Shown one piece after another: positions 30,038 through 40,344 of a DNA stretch of 64,000 nucleotides. The stretch is from NCBI GenBank assembly GCA_030698395.1, contig JAUYKW010000001.1:93735-157734 (forward strand), read 5' to 3'. This stretch comes from a bacterium. Its GTDB lineage: Bacteria > Patescibacteriota > Patescibacteriia > UBA9570. Every line of letters starts with the position of its first letter. Within the stretch, counting starts at the first letter, position 1. Made by a program: the position numbers and the translations under genes. A model generated the notes under the pieces. It did no database searches. It saw only the letters and a list, made by a program, of their open reading frames with translations, and was not told where the DNA came from.

Positions 30038-32640
30038 TTACTTTAAGTTTCCTTTTTCAGTAACAGTATATTCTGTAATCAAACCACCTGTTTTTTTGGT
30101 AATTTTTACAAGTTTATTTTTCTTCTTAATTTTATATGAATCTTTATTGTAATCAGAGTCGAAATTTTTGGTGTCTTTACCTTTTAACACGCCATTTTTT
30201 GTAAGTGTAAAATGAGTAGTTTTAAAAACCTTGCCTTTTCTAGTAACAGCTAAAACATCATTATCTGTTTTTTTTGCATAAAAGTTTAATACCTTAGTCT
30301 TGGTTTTATCTTGGCTCTTCTTACGAAGTTTTTTTGATGAAACAACTGTACCTAAAGCTACGTGTACACTCTTTATTTTTGTTCCTGTTTTATTTATTAC
30401 CACAAAATACCTGCCGTTCGTATAAATTTTAACCAATGGTTTCTTTGTGCCTTTATTAAAAACTTTAAATTTTTGCGTTGAGCCATCAGTATATTTTATT
30501 TTTACCCGATTATTGGTAAGTGGCGTAGCTTTAATTGCTTTGCCTCGAGAAACTACTTCAACTGTTCTTGTGGTCGTGGCAGTACCAGAGTAACTATCTG
30601 TTACAGAATAGGTTACTGTATAAACACCAACTACACTGGTATCAACACTATTTGTTGTAACAATGCTAGAAGTAATATCACCATCTTCAGTATCGCTTGC
30701 AGTTGCTCCGTCGTCTGTATACACCACGTTTTGTTTCACAATAATGGATGAATCTCCTGTGATTGTAATAGCAGGATATACATTTTCTAACACTGTCACC
30801 GTCCTTGTGCCCGTATCAGAATTATTTGAAGCATCCGTAGCGGTATACGTTACAGTATAATCGCCCGATACAGACGTATCCACCGGATTAGTTGTAGAAA
30901 CAGCTGGATTAGCATCACAAGCATCGGTAGTAGTTGCTCCAGCATCACTGTATGTTGCACCACGATTTACTGAAACTGAGGTAGCGCCTATAACACTAAC
31001 AGCTGGATCAGTTGTATCTGTAACATCAACAGACCTTTGAACTGTGTCAGTATTATCATCATAATCTACTGCTATTATATCAACCGTATATGAACCTACA
31101 GTATCTACATCTAGATTGCTCGTATCAATACTTACTGCTGGATCAGGATGAAAATTATCAGTAGCCGTCCCACCAAGATCAGTATAAGATTCTGCACATT
31201 CATGAGTAACCGGACTACCGCCTGTTCTAGTTACTACTGGATTAGCTTGATCACGCTCTACTGCACCAATATCACAAACACTATTGTCTGGTCGTGTGTA
31301 ATCTCTTTGATCATCAGTAATAGTGATTGCACCATTATCAGTACATACACCAGCATCAACTGCAGGAGACGAAGCTTGTAAATCAACTGTTTCTGTATTT
31401 CCGCCATTATCCTCTTGACCATCAGTATCTAAAAGTGGATCAGTGCTTTCTTGATCATTGCCCAAGACAAAACCACAAGTAGTTCCGTCATCTATGTTAT
31501 AATTGTTTGTGGAAATAACAGAATTTGCATTACGAGTATAACAATTTGCATTACTTGCACCCGCTAAATTATTAGCCACAATTGAATTACGAACTAAGAT
31601 AGTAGCTTCTTCAGAAGATGGCCCACCTTGAGCGTATAAACCAGCTGATACCTCAGCGCTGGTTCCAATATTATTTACTATTGTAGAGTGACTAATCTGA
31701 ATATCATCAGTTGCTGTTGTACCAAGCGTACAAGCAGAAGATATTGCACCTCCTCCACTATTAGCCCAGGTACCTGTAATAGAATTACCAACAAAGGTTG
31801 AATTTGTGATAGTGGATGTAACACCACTACAAAAACTAGCAATTGCGCCGCCTCTATTGAACGCAGAATTTCCAGAAAATAATGAACCTGTTACTGTAAA
31901 TAATCCCTTATTAAAAATCGCTCCTCCGTTAGTATTTCCATCTGTTCTAGTTAAAGAATTACTAAAAAAATTACTATCAATAACAGTCAAAGTGGTACCA
32001 TTTGGTGCATAAATTGCCCCTCCTTTGGTATAACCCGTATTATTTGAGAATGTTGCCCGAGTAATTGTGATAGTTTTATTTGTTCCACTACTAATAGCAC
32101 CTCCATTACCACTAGTTCCATTCGCAACATTATTATCAAAAGTCACGTCTGTAAGTGTTACAGATCCAGTATTACCATTTGCATCAATGCCACCACCGTC
32201 ACCATTTTGCTCACCACCAGTTACAGTAAGATCTGCTAACGTAATATTTATACCACCAAAGGTTTGCAATGGTCGCTCACTAATAACACTACCATTACCA
32301 TCAATAATAGTACTGCTTTGCCCGGCTCCATTAATTGTAATATCAGTATTTAAATCTAGATCACCAGTTAGTGCATCATCATCTTCACCATCTCCAATAA
32401 CTGTAAGGGTGTAAGTTCCGGCTGGCAAATTTATTATTTCTGTTCCCGCAGCGTTATTAGCTTCAATAACTGCTTCACGAAGTGAGCAATCTGCTGGTGT
32501 ATCCGTACATGGCGTTGCACCACCATCATTTTCATCATTTGTGGTAGTTACATTATATGTAGCTGCATTAACAGCCGCTGCACTCAATAAAAAATAAAAC
32601 TAAGCAAGGATGCTGATAGACCAATATGTTTATATGACAT
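30038..32640 (-). pseudogene. Second CSLREA/choice-of-anchor-Q protein with DUF5011 repeats and Lys-rich C-terminus; frameshift in T6 tract of the signal peptide (32589-32594)
   Basis: CSLREAV, DQRDYTRP...CDIGAVE. ATG 32640 reads MSYKHIGLSASLLSFIFY-stop; one extra T gives MSYKHIGLSASLLSFIFLLSAAAVNAA in frame with ORF 30038..32587. Confidence 0.75.
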
Positions 32641-32739
32641 TATATATAGTAAGTATTAAATATTTTTCGTCCTCATTATGATACAGATATTAATATGACG
32701 CAAGAAAATACCTGTTATGAAATGGTAATATTATTTAAG

Positions 32740-32805
32740 TTGCATTTAAAAACAAACCAAGTATAATTGAAATTGAGCGAGTCCCATATCCAAAGGGGCT
32801 TTTTT
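32740..32805 (+). promoter_or_regulatory. Promoter and hairpin/U-tract leader of dprA-topA
   Basis: TTGCAT, 16 nt, TATAAT (32762-32767); AGTCCC..GGGGCT followed by a T-run directly before the ATG. Confidence 0.45.
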
Positions 32806-32807
32806 CT

Positions 32808-33683
32808 ATGTCTAAAATATTAACGCTTTCAACAAAAAATAAAAATTACCCGATTTATCTAAAAAGAATTCCCAATCATCCAGACATTATATATATACGC
32901 GGAAACCTAGATGCACTTTTACAGCCAGCTATCGCAATTGTTGGAAGTAGGGCCATGACTATATATGGTGAAAAAGCCTGTAAAAAAATTGTTAGTGAAC
33001 TAGTTCAGCAAGGATTCACAATAGTTAGTGGCTTAGCTACCGGTATAGATGCAACAGCACACCGTACAGCTCTAGATTTGGGTGGTTCTACAATTGCCGT
33101 ATTAGCGCATGGCTTAAAGTTAGAAAATACCTTCCCAACTGAACATCAAGCTTTAGCTGAAAGGATTATAAATCATGATGGTCTTCTTTTATCGGAATAT
33201 CCACCACCAACTGTTGCCCGACGCTTCCACTTCCCAGCACGCAACCGCATAATTGCAGCATTGTGTCTTGGCACAGTAGTAGTTGAAGCTCGAGAAAAAT
33301 CTGGAGCCCTGATTACAGCTCGGCATGCCTTGGAAAATAACCGTGAAGTATTTGCCATTCCCGGCCCAATATTTAGTAGTCGAGCACGTGGTGTGAATAA
33401 ACTATTACGCGATGGTGCTGTGTTAGTGGAATCAGCTACTGATATTCTAAATGAACTACCTATAGAATCCAAACTTAACGCAATAAAATTAGCCCAAACA
33501 GCAACCTTCACAGATGAACAACAAAAAATAATAAACCTCATGAATGACGGCTTTTCTAAACCCGATAAAATATCCGAAATGTTACAAATCACGACAGCTA
33601 GCTTAGCCTCAAACTTGACAGAATTAGAAATAAAAGGAATAGTACGTAGGAATATTGATTATTCGTATAGTTTAAGCCTATGA
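32808..33683 (+). CDS. dprA: DNA-processing protein DprA
   Basis: IAIVGSR..T.YG, IVSGLATGIDATAH, FPARNRII, VVEA.EKSGALITA; C-terminal winged helix. Confidence 0.97.
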   Translation: MSKILTLSTKNKNYPIYLKRIPNHPDIIYIRGNLDALLQPAIAIVGSRAMTIYGEKACKKIVSELVQQGFTIVSGLATGIDATAHRTALDLGGSTIAVLAHGLKLENTFPTEHQALAERIINHDGLLLSEYPPPTVARRFHFPARNRIIAALCLGTVVVEAREKSGALITARHALENNREVFAIPGPIFSSRARGVNKLLRDGAVLVESATDILNELPIESKLNAIKLAQTATFTDEQQKIINLMNDGFSKPDKISEMLQITTASLASNLTELEIKGIVRRNIDYSYSLSL

Positions 33684-36226
33684 AATTGGTAATTGTAGAG
33701 AGTCCTACCAAAGCAAAAACAATCAAACGTTTCTTACCAAAAGATTTCACCGTGGAATCTAGTTTTGGTCATATTAGAGATTTACCTCATTCTGCCACTG
33801 AAATTCCTGCTAAATACAAGACGGAAAAGTGGTCCAGACTTGGCATCAATATCGAAGAAGACTTCGCTCCTCTTTATATTATTCCGAAAGATAAGAAGAA
33901 ACATGTTGCAAAATTGAAAAAGTTAGTTAGTGAAGCTGATGAATTATATCTTGCAACTGATGAAGATCGAGAAGGAGAAGCCATTAGTTGGCATTTATTA
34001 GAAGTATTGAAACCAACAGTTCCTGTCCACCGCATGGTGTTTCATGAAATTACTAAAGAAGCTATTGAAAAATCTTTACAAAATGCTCGATCTCTTGATG
34101 AGAATCTAGTTCAAGCACAAGAGACACGCAGAATTTTAGATAGATTGTATGGTTATGAAATCTCTCCTGTTCTCTGGCGAAAAGTTGCACCAAAGCTATC
34201 AGCCGGCCGGGTACAAAGCGCTGCCCTGCAATTGATAGTAAATAGAGAGAAAGAACGTATGACATTTAAAAATGCAGCTTATTGGGATATTATTGGAAAC
34301 TTTTTTACAGCTGATAAAATAGAATTTGAAGCAAATCTTTACTCTATTGATGGTAAGAGAATTGCAGTCAGCAAAGATTTTGACGGAACTACCGGAGAAC
34401 TATTCGATAAAGCCAAAGATAAAGTTGTAATTGTTGACGAAGAAAAAGCTAAAGCTCTTTCAGAAGCATATAAAGATTCAGATTGGGATGTTAGCTCGAT
34501 TCAAGAAAAACCTTTATCGCTGAGTCCGAAGGCACCTTTTATCACTAGTACATTACAACAAATAGCTGGTAATAAACTAAAATGGCCAGCAAAAAAAGTG
34601 ATGTACACTGCGCAAAAACTATATGAGCAAGGTTTCATTACATATATGCGTACCGATTCTGTACAATTATCTGAAGAAGCTCTAATAGCAGCTACTGCCA
34701 AGATAAAAGATATGTATGGTGCTGAATATCTTCCGGAAGCACCGCGAGTATATAAAAACAAGAGTAAGAATGCTCAAGAAGCTCATGAAGCGATTAGACC
34801 ATCCGGAACAGAAATGCCAGATCCAGCAGATTTAAAGAAAGCTCTAGATGATGATGAATGGAAATTGTATCAATTAATTTGGCAACGCACGATGGCATCT
34901 CAAATGTCTAATGCTAAAATTAAACAAACTACAGTACAACTTAGTAATAAAGATGTAATTTTTCAAACCAGCGGTAGAGTAATTGAATTTGCTGGATACA
35001 TGCGAGTATACAAAGATGATGAGAATGAAGATGAAGAAAAAGTTTTGCCAGCGTTAAAAGAAAAAGATACAGTTTCTGCTAAAGAATTTACTCCGCAAGA
35101 TCATCAAACTAAACCACCAGCCCGCTACACTGAAGCTTCTCTTGTGAAGGAACTGGAAAGCAAAGGAATTGGAAGACCAAGTACCTATGCATCGATTATT
35201 GATACCATCCAACGCCGTTTATATGTGTACAAAGAGGGCAGTGCATTAATCCCCCGCTTTATTGCTTTTGGTGTAGTTGCATTATTGCACAATAACTTTC
35301 CAAAATTAGTTAATACTGAATACACAGCAGAAATGGAAGAGGATTTAGATGAAATTGCAGCTGGAAAGAGAGAATATTTACCTTACTTAAAACATTTTTA
35401 TTTTGGAGACAAAGATACAAAAGGTTTACATGATATGTTGCAAATAGACATTGATGCTAGAGCAACATGTACTCTTCCGATTGGCAAAGACAAAGATGGG
35501 AATGCAATTAATGTTCGAGTTGGTAGATATGGTCCATTTGTAGAACAGGTAGTTGCAGAAGGCGAAAATACTGCCAGCATCCCTGATGACCTGCCACCAG
35601 ACCAACTAACTGTAGAAATGGCTCTTGAATTCATCAAGAAACAAGCCGAGGGTCCTACAGAGTTAGGTAAAGATCCAGAAACCGACAAATCCATATACAT
35701 TTTAGAAGGTCGTTTTGGACCATATGTGCAGTTAGGAGAAAAACCAGAAAAAGACAGTAAAGAAAAAAAACCTAAAATGAAAGGTTTACTTAAAGGTATG
35801 GAAGTAGCAGATGTTACATTAGAAAAAGCCATGCAATTACTTTCATATCCAAAAGTTATTGGTAAATTTGAGAAAACCGGTGATGACATTGTTGCAGATT
35901 TAGGAAGATTTGGTCCTTATATAAAAAGTGGTAAAGAAACCCGTAGCGTTGCAACTGGTGAAGAAATGTTTGAGCTAACTGAAGAAGGAGCAAATGTATT
36001 GTTAAATACACCAAAAAAACGTGGCCGCGGAGCTACTGCAATTAGAGATATCGGAAAACACCCTGAAAGTGGAAATGTATTAGAAATTTTTGAAGGCCGA
36101 TATGGTCCTTATATTAAATACGAGAAACTCAACGTATCAATACCAAAAGCTTTTAAACCAGAAGAAATCACACTTGAACAAGCTGTTGAATTGATTGTAA
36201 AAAAGCAGGAAAAAGACAAAAAATAG
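33680..36226 (+). CDS. topA: DNA topoisomerase I with C-terminal repeats
   Basis: LVIVESPTKAKTI, ATDEDREGEAI, SAGRVQS, ITYMRTDS, GIGRPSTY; GRYGP/GRFGP repeats. Confidence 0.98.
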   Translation: MKLVIVESPTKAKTIKRFLPKDFTVESSFGHIRDLPHSATEIPAKYKTEKWSRLGINIEEDFAPLYIIPKDKKKHVAKLKKLVSEADELYLATDEDREGEAISWHLLEVLKPTVPVHRMVFHEITKEAIEKSLQNARSLDENLVQAQETRRILDRLYGYEISPVLWRKVAPKLSAGRVQSAALQLIVNREKERMTFKNAAYWDIIGNFFTADKIEFEANLYSIDGKRIAVSKDFDGTTGELFDKAKDKVVIVDEEKAKALSEAYKDSDWDVSSIQEKPLSLSPKAPFITSTLQQIAGNKLKWPAKKVMYTAQKLYEQGFITYMRTDSVQLSEEALIAATAKIKDMYGAEYLPEAPRVYKNKSKNAQEAHEAIRPSGTEMPDPADLKKALDDDEWKLYQLIWQRTMASQMSNAKIKQTTVQLSNKDVIFQTSGRVIEFAGYMRVYKDDENEDEEKVLPALKEKDTVSAKEFTPQDHQTKPPARYTEASLVKELESKGIGRPSTYASIIDTIQRRLYVYKEGSALIPRFIAFGVVALLHNNFPKLVNTEYTAEMEEDLDEIAAGKREYLPYLKHFYFGDKDTKGLHDMLQIDIDARATCTLPIGKDKDGNAINVRVGRYGPFVEQVVAEGENTASIPDDLPPDQLTVEMALEFIKKQAEGPTELGKDPETDKSIYILEGRFGPYVQLGEKPEKDSKEKKPKMKGLLKGMEVADVTLEKAMQLLSYPKVIGKFEKTGDDIVADLGRFGPYIKSGKETRSVATGEEMFELTEEGANVLLNTPKKRGRGATAIRDIGKHPESGNVLEIFEGRYGPYIKYEKLNVSIPKAFKPEEITLEQAVELIVKKQEKDKK

Positions 36227-36310
36227 CATAGTTTGTTAAAATAACCTCACCTCCCCGAGCTTGTTTTTTTCGAGAGTTTCCGTTATTGTGGGCTACATAC
36301 TAATATCGCT

Positions 36311-37771
36311 ATGAAAAAAGAAGAGTTATTCGAATGTATTGAACAACAGAGGCCAGATGCAGATCTGGAATTATTAAAGCGTGCATATGATTTTGCTGAA
36401 GCAGCGCATGAAGGACAACTCCGAAAATCCGGTGCACCCTACTTTGATCATCCTAAAGCTACAGCATATAAATTAGCAAATCTCCGAATGGATGATGTTA
36501 CCATAGCGGCCGGTTTATTACATGACGTTCCAGAAGATACTTCCAGAACACACAAAGAAATTACAAGAGAATTTGGTAATGAAATTGCATTCTTAGTGGA
36601 AGGTGTAACTAAGTTGGGGCAAGTAAAATATCGTGGTATGCAAAGATACGTAGAAAATCTACGAAGAATGTTTGTTGCCATGGCAAAAGATATTAGAGTT
36701 GTAGTAATAAAGTTTGCCGATCGGACTCATAATTTAGAAACACTTTCAGCTCTACCACCAAATAAGCAAAAACGAATTGCTCTAGAATCATTAGAAATCT
36801 ACGCCCCAATTGCCGATAGGCTTGGTATGGGTGATATTAAAGGTCAAATTCAGGATTTATCTTTTCCTTACGTATATCCGGATGAATATAAATGGTTAAT
36901 TGATAAAATTTCTAATACCAGAAGAGAAAAAGAAAAATATCTCCGAACCTATCGAAAAGAAATTGAACAAATTTTAAAAGATCATCATGTAGCTTTTATT
37001 TCTGTGCATGGTAGGACAAAACATTTATACAGTCTTTATAAAAAATTACTCCGGAATAATAGAGATCTATCAAAGATCTATGATTTAGTTGCATTACGTA
37101 TAATTGTGGAGGATGTATCCGCTTGTTATGAAACATTAGGCATCTTACATAAATTCTGTACTCCCCTCAAAGGAAGAATCAAAGATTATATAGCTCAACC
37201 TAAACCGAATGGGTACCAATCTTTGCACACTACAGTATTTAGTAACTCAGGTGAAATAATAGAAGTTCAAATTAGAACAAATGACATGCATGAAGAAGCT
37301 GAGTATGGTATTGCTGCTCATTGGCATTATAAGGAAAATGAAAAAGCATTATCAAAAGAAAAGTATGCCTGGATACAACAACTTGCAAAGTTGCAAAAAG
37401 AAATAAAGGATGAAGATCAATATATGGAATCATTAAAAATTGATGTTTTCCAAACCAGAATTTTTGTCTTCACTCCCCGTGGCGATGTAATAGATTTACC
37501 AGAAGATGCAACGCCAATTGATTTTGCATATCATATTCATACAGACATTGGAAATAAATGCAGTGGTGCAATTATTAATGATCAAATCGCACCACTTGAT
37601 ACAACTTTAAAATCAGGTGACGTACTAGAAATTATCGTAGATAAAAACCGCCAAGGTCCAAATGCAGATTGGATGGAAAGTGTTAAAACTCACAGCGCCA
37701 AAAGACACATTCAAAATAATATAAATAAAAACAATAATAAAAGAAGGCAAAAATTACTTAAAAAGAAGTAA
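36311..37771 (+). CDS. rel: RelA/SpoT homolog (HD + synthetase + TGS, no ACT)
   Basis: H.GQ.RKSG.PY, LLHDVPEDT, KFADRTHN, KDYIAQPKPNGYQSLHT, AAHWHYK, TPIDFAY.IHT. Confidence 0.95.
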   Translation: MKKEELFECIEQQRPDADLELLKRAYDFAEAAHEGQLRKSGAPYFDHPKATAYKLANLRMDDVTIAAGLLHDVPEDTSRTHKEITREFGNEIAFLVEGVTKLGQVKYRGMQRYVENLRRMFVAMAKDIRVVVIKFADRTHNLETLSALPPNKQKRIALESLEIYAPIADRLGMGDIKGQIQDLSFPYVYPDEYKWLIDKISNTRREKEKYLRTYRKEIEQILKDHHVAFISVHGRTKHLYSLYKKLLRNNRDLSKIYDLVALRIIVEDVSACYETLGILHKFCTPLKGRIKDYIAQPKPNGYQSLHTTVFSNSGEIIEVQIRTNDMHEEAEYGIAAHWHYKENEKALSKEKYAWIQQLAKLQKEIKDEDQYMESLKIDVFQTRIFVFTPRGDVIDLPEDATPIDFAYHIHTDIGNKCSGAIINDQIAPLDTTLKSGDVLEIIVDKNRQGPNADWMESVKTHSAKRHIQNNINKNNNKRRQKLLKKK

Positions 37772-37777
37772 GGTTTG

Positions 37778-38656
37778 TTATTTTTTTGCAATCCGCCGAA
37801 TAATTTCTGGTAGTTCTTCTACTGAGTAATATTTGATATTTATAGTTCCCCCGTCACCACGTTGTTGGATGATAACCTTAGTTGCTAGCACTTGAGTCAA
37901 TTCATCCTGCCAAGCTTGCACATGTACAGCTGTTTGCGTTGATTGCGAAGATTTAGCTCGTGATTGTTTAGTTTTCCCCTTCACTTCATCACCCAATGCA
38001 TGCACAGATAAATTACCTGCCATGATATCTTTTAACTTTTGCAATTGTTCAGCTTCAGAAGCTAAGCCTAATAAAACCTTGGCGTGTCCTTCGCTAATAA
38101 TATTATCAGCCAGTGCTTTCTGTATTTCTCCAGGTAAATCTAAGAGTCTTAAAGTGTTAGAAAATGTGGATCTGGAGATACCAATCTTTTTTGCAGCTGT
38201 ATCATGATTTAGTCCAAACTCATTGGTTAATTTATGATAACCTTCAGCTTTTTCAATTGCATTTAAATCTGATCTTTGAATATTTTCAATTAATGCTAGC
38301 TCGACTTTCTCCAATTCACTAACAGCGCGTACAATTACTGGTACTTTAGTTAAACCAGCAATTCGTGATGCTCTTAATCTACGTTCTCCAGCAATTAATT
38401 CGTATTTTCCATCTTGTTCACTAACTAACAATGGCTGTAATACTCCATATTGTTTAATAGAACTAATCAACTCTTCTAATTCACTATGTGAAAAATGTTG
38501 ACGTGGCTGATGTGGATTTACTGTAATAGCAGCAACAGGTAATTCTGTAACTGCATCACGCGCATGCGAAAATTCCGAAGCTCGAGCTTGATTCTCAATA
38601 TTCGCTGTAGAATTTTTTGGTGGTATTAATGATCCTAATCCTTTTCCTAATGCCAT
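37778..38656 (-). CDS. parB: Chromosome partitioning protein ParB
   Basis: LGKGLGSLI, NPHQPR..F, YELIAGERRLRA, LIENIQR.DL, HTH. Confidence 0.97.
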   Translation of the reverse strand: MALGKGLGSLIPPKNSTANIENQARASEFSHARDAVTELPVAAITVNPHQPRQHFSHSELEELISSIKQYGVLQPLLVSEQDGKYELIAGERRLRASRIAGLTKVPVIVRAVSELEKVELALIENIQRSDLNAIEKAEGYHKLTNEFGLNHDTAAKKIGISRSTFSNTLRLLDLPGEIQKALADNIISEGHAKVLLGLASEAEQLQKLKDIMAGNLSVHALGDEVKGKTKQSRAKSSQSTQTAVHVQAWQDELTQVLATKVIIQQRGDGGTINIKYYSVEELPEIIRRIAKK

Positions 38657-38670
38657 AGTGGTCTATTATA

Positions 38671-39441
38671 TCATGATTCTAAATCCTGTGCAGAGATTTC
38701 CTCTGACAACTTCTCGTATGCTCGTGCACCTTTCGATCTTTTATCGTACAAGACAACGGGTTTTCCATGTGATGGTGCTTCAGCTAGCTTTACATTACGT
38801 GGAATCATGGATGAAAATATGTGATGCGGAAAATGTTCTCGCATTTCTTGGACAACTTCACTAGAAAGTTTGTTCCGTTTATCAAGCATGGTTACAACCG
38901 CACCAGTTACAGTTAACTCTGGTTGTAAATTAGTACGTATCAAATCTATCGTTTCTAACAACTGACTTAAACCTTCCAATGCATAATACTCGCATTGCAC
39001 CGGAATAATTACTTCTCTAGCTCCCACCAATGCGTTCACTGTTAATAATCCCAAAGAAGGCGGACAATCAATAATCACATAATCGTAATAATGTTGTACA
39101 GAAGTTAAAGCAACATCTAGTTTAAACTCTCTGTTTTCCACATTAACCAGTTCTACAGATGCTCCAGCCAACGATATCGTAGATGGTGCTACATGAAGGT
39201 TTCGAATCTCTGTTTGAAAGATACTATTCCGCAAATCTTGATCTCCAATCAAAACGTCATAGATACCTCTATCTAGCTGGCGCGGATTAATCCCCAGACC
39301 GCTCGTAGCATTAGCTTGTGGATCAATGTCCACTAATAGCACTTTTTTCTTAGCTAAAGCCAAATATGCAGCTACATTCACTGCCGTAGTGGTTTTGCCT
39401 ACTCCACCCTTTTGATTCACAAATGCGATTATTCTACTCAT
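38671..39441 (-). CDS. parA: Chromosome partitioning ATPase ParA/Soj
   Basis: NQKGGVGKTTT, DIDPQANAT, DCPPSLG, PVQCEYYALEG, IPRNVKLAEAPSHG. Confidence 0.98.
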   Translation of the reverse strand: MSRIIAFVNQKGGVGKTTTAVNVAAYLALAKKKVLLVDIDPQANATSGLGINPRQLDRGIYDVLIGDQDLRNSIFQTEIRNLHVAPSTISLAGASVELVNVENREFKLDVALTSVQHYYDYVIIDCPPSLGLLTVNALVGAREVIIPVQCEYYALEGLSQLLETIDLIRTNLQPELTVTGAVVTMLDKRNKLSSEVVQEMREHFPHHIFSSMIPRNVKLAEAPSHGKPVVLYDKRSKGARAYEKLSEEISAQDLES

Positions 39442-39460
39442 ACCCGCATATTATAGCGTA

Positions 39461-39489
39461 TTGACACGGACTTGAGAACTTTATATTAT
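39461..39489 (+). promoter_or_regulatory. Sigma70 promoter for the tRNA-Leu transcript
   Basis: TTGACA (39461-39466), 17 nt, TATTAT (39484-39489). Confidence 0.7.
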
Positions 39490-39620
39490 CAGTTAGCTGA
39501 ATATTAGCTGGAGTGGCCGCGGGCAATTTCTCGCTAAGCTCGAAACTGCACGGGCAAACTCAATACAACTAGTAATTGGGTTTACCTGTTCAGTTCCAAA
39601 CTACAAAGGGAACTGTTCAG

Positions 39621-39707
39621 GCCGGAGTGGCGGAACTGGTAGACGCACACGACTCAAAATCGTGCGAAAGCAATTTCATGAGGGTTCGAGTCCCTCCTCC
39701 GGCACCA
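39621..39707 (+). tRNA. tRNA-Leu(CAA)
   Basis: Acceptor GCCGGAG/CTCCGGC-ACCA, anticodon arm CACGA-CTCAAAA-TCGTG, long variable arm, GGTTCGAGTCC T-arm. Confidence 0.97.
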
Positions 39708-39757
39708 GAACATTTTTTCACTATGTTCAAAACTGAACTAGCAAGCCAATAAATAAA

Positions 39758-39848
39758 TCAACGTGCAATAGAGATAATGTTCTCTTCTACACCACAAACG
39801 GCAACAGTAACATTGCCATTTCTTGATACACTCAATGTATATCCAGTT
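39758..39848 (-). repeat. Promoterless variant copy of the 3' end of pilin gene 43032..43526; 47-bp core 39802-39848 is identical to 43076-43122
   Basis: Encodes TGYTLSVSRNGNVTVAVCGVEENIISIAR* versus ...TVVACGAEEDIISIKR* in the gene. Confidence 0.93.
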
Positions 39849-39886
39849 CCTCAATCTGTAAAATTGGACTTATCGACCCTTATTAT

Positions 39887-40309
39887 TTATAAAGTTCCTG
39901 GTGTTTTTGATTTCGATTCTGGTGTTATATCAAGAATCTTTTTCACCCGTTCAATGAATTCTTCATTATCTATGCCTTTATGAATATAGTCTGATACTCC
40001 AATCTCCTTCATTAATTTTAGCATTTCTATAGGAAGGTCCATGTTTGTAAAAAATACAACCGGAATATCTTTCGCAGTAGAATTTGGTTCGTTTTTAATA
40101 CGATCAGCTGTTTTGTATCCATCCTCTCCAGTCAGGTTGATATCAAGCAAAATAAGATCTGGATGAAGTCTACGCGCCATTTCTCGTCCCTCCTCACCAT
40201 TTTTAGCATACATAACTTCAAAACCGGCTTTACCAAGCAAAGACCCAAAAAGCCGACGTATAATTGGATCATCATCAATCATCAAAATGTGTTTAGCAGT
40301 GTTTTCCAT
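39887..40309 (-). CDS. Single-domain response regulator
   Basis: ILMIDDD, PDLILLDINL, VFFTN, DYIHK. Confidence 0.93.
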   Translation of the reverse strand: MENTAKHILMIDDDPIIRRLFGSLLGKAGFEVMYAKNGEEGREMARRLHPDLILLDINLTGEDGYKTADRIKNEPNSTAKDIPVVFFTNMDLPIEMLKLMKEIGVSDYIHKGIDNEEFIERVKKILDITPESKSKTPGTL

Positions 40310-40344
40310 GCTGTTTTATTAAGGTTGATTATTTTTAGTAGCTG

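Noticed and set aside
37778-39480. parS site or replication origin near parAB
   Set aside because: No TGTTTCACGTGAAACA-like palindrome or DnaA-box cluster found by eye; a single TTTTCCACA near 51517 is insufficient.
39545-39600. c-di-GMP-I riboswitch (GCACGGGCAAAC resembles its 5' part)
   Set aside because: No GNRA-capped stem or downstream ACGCAAAG segment, and the downstream gene is a tRNA.
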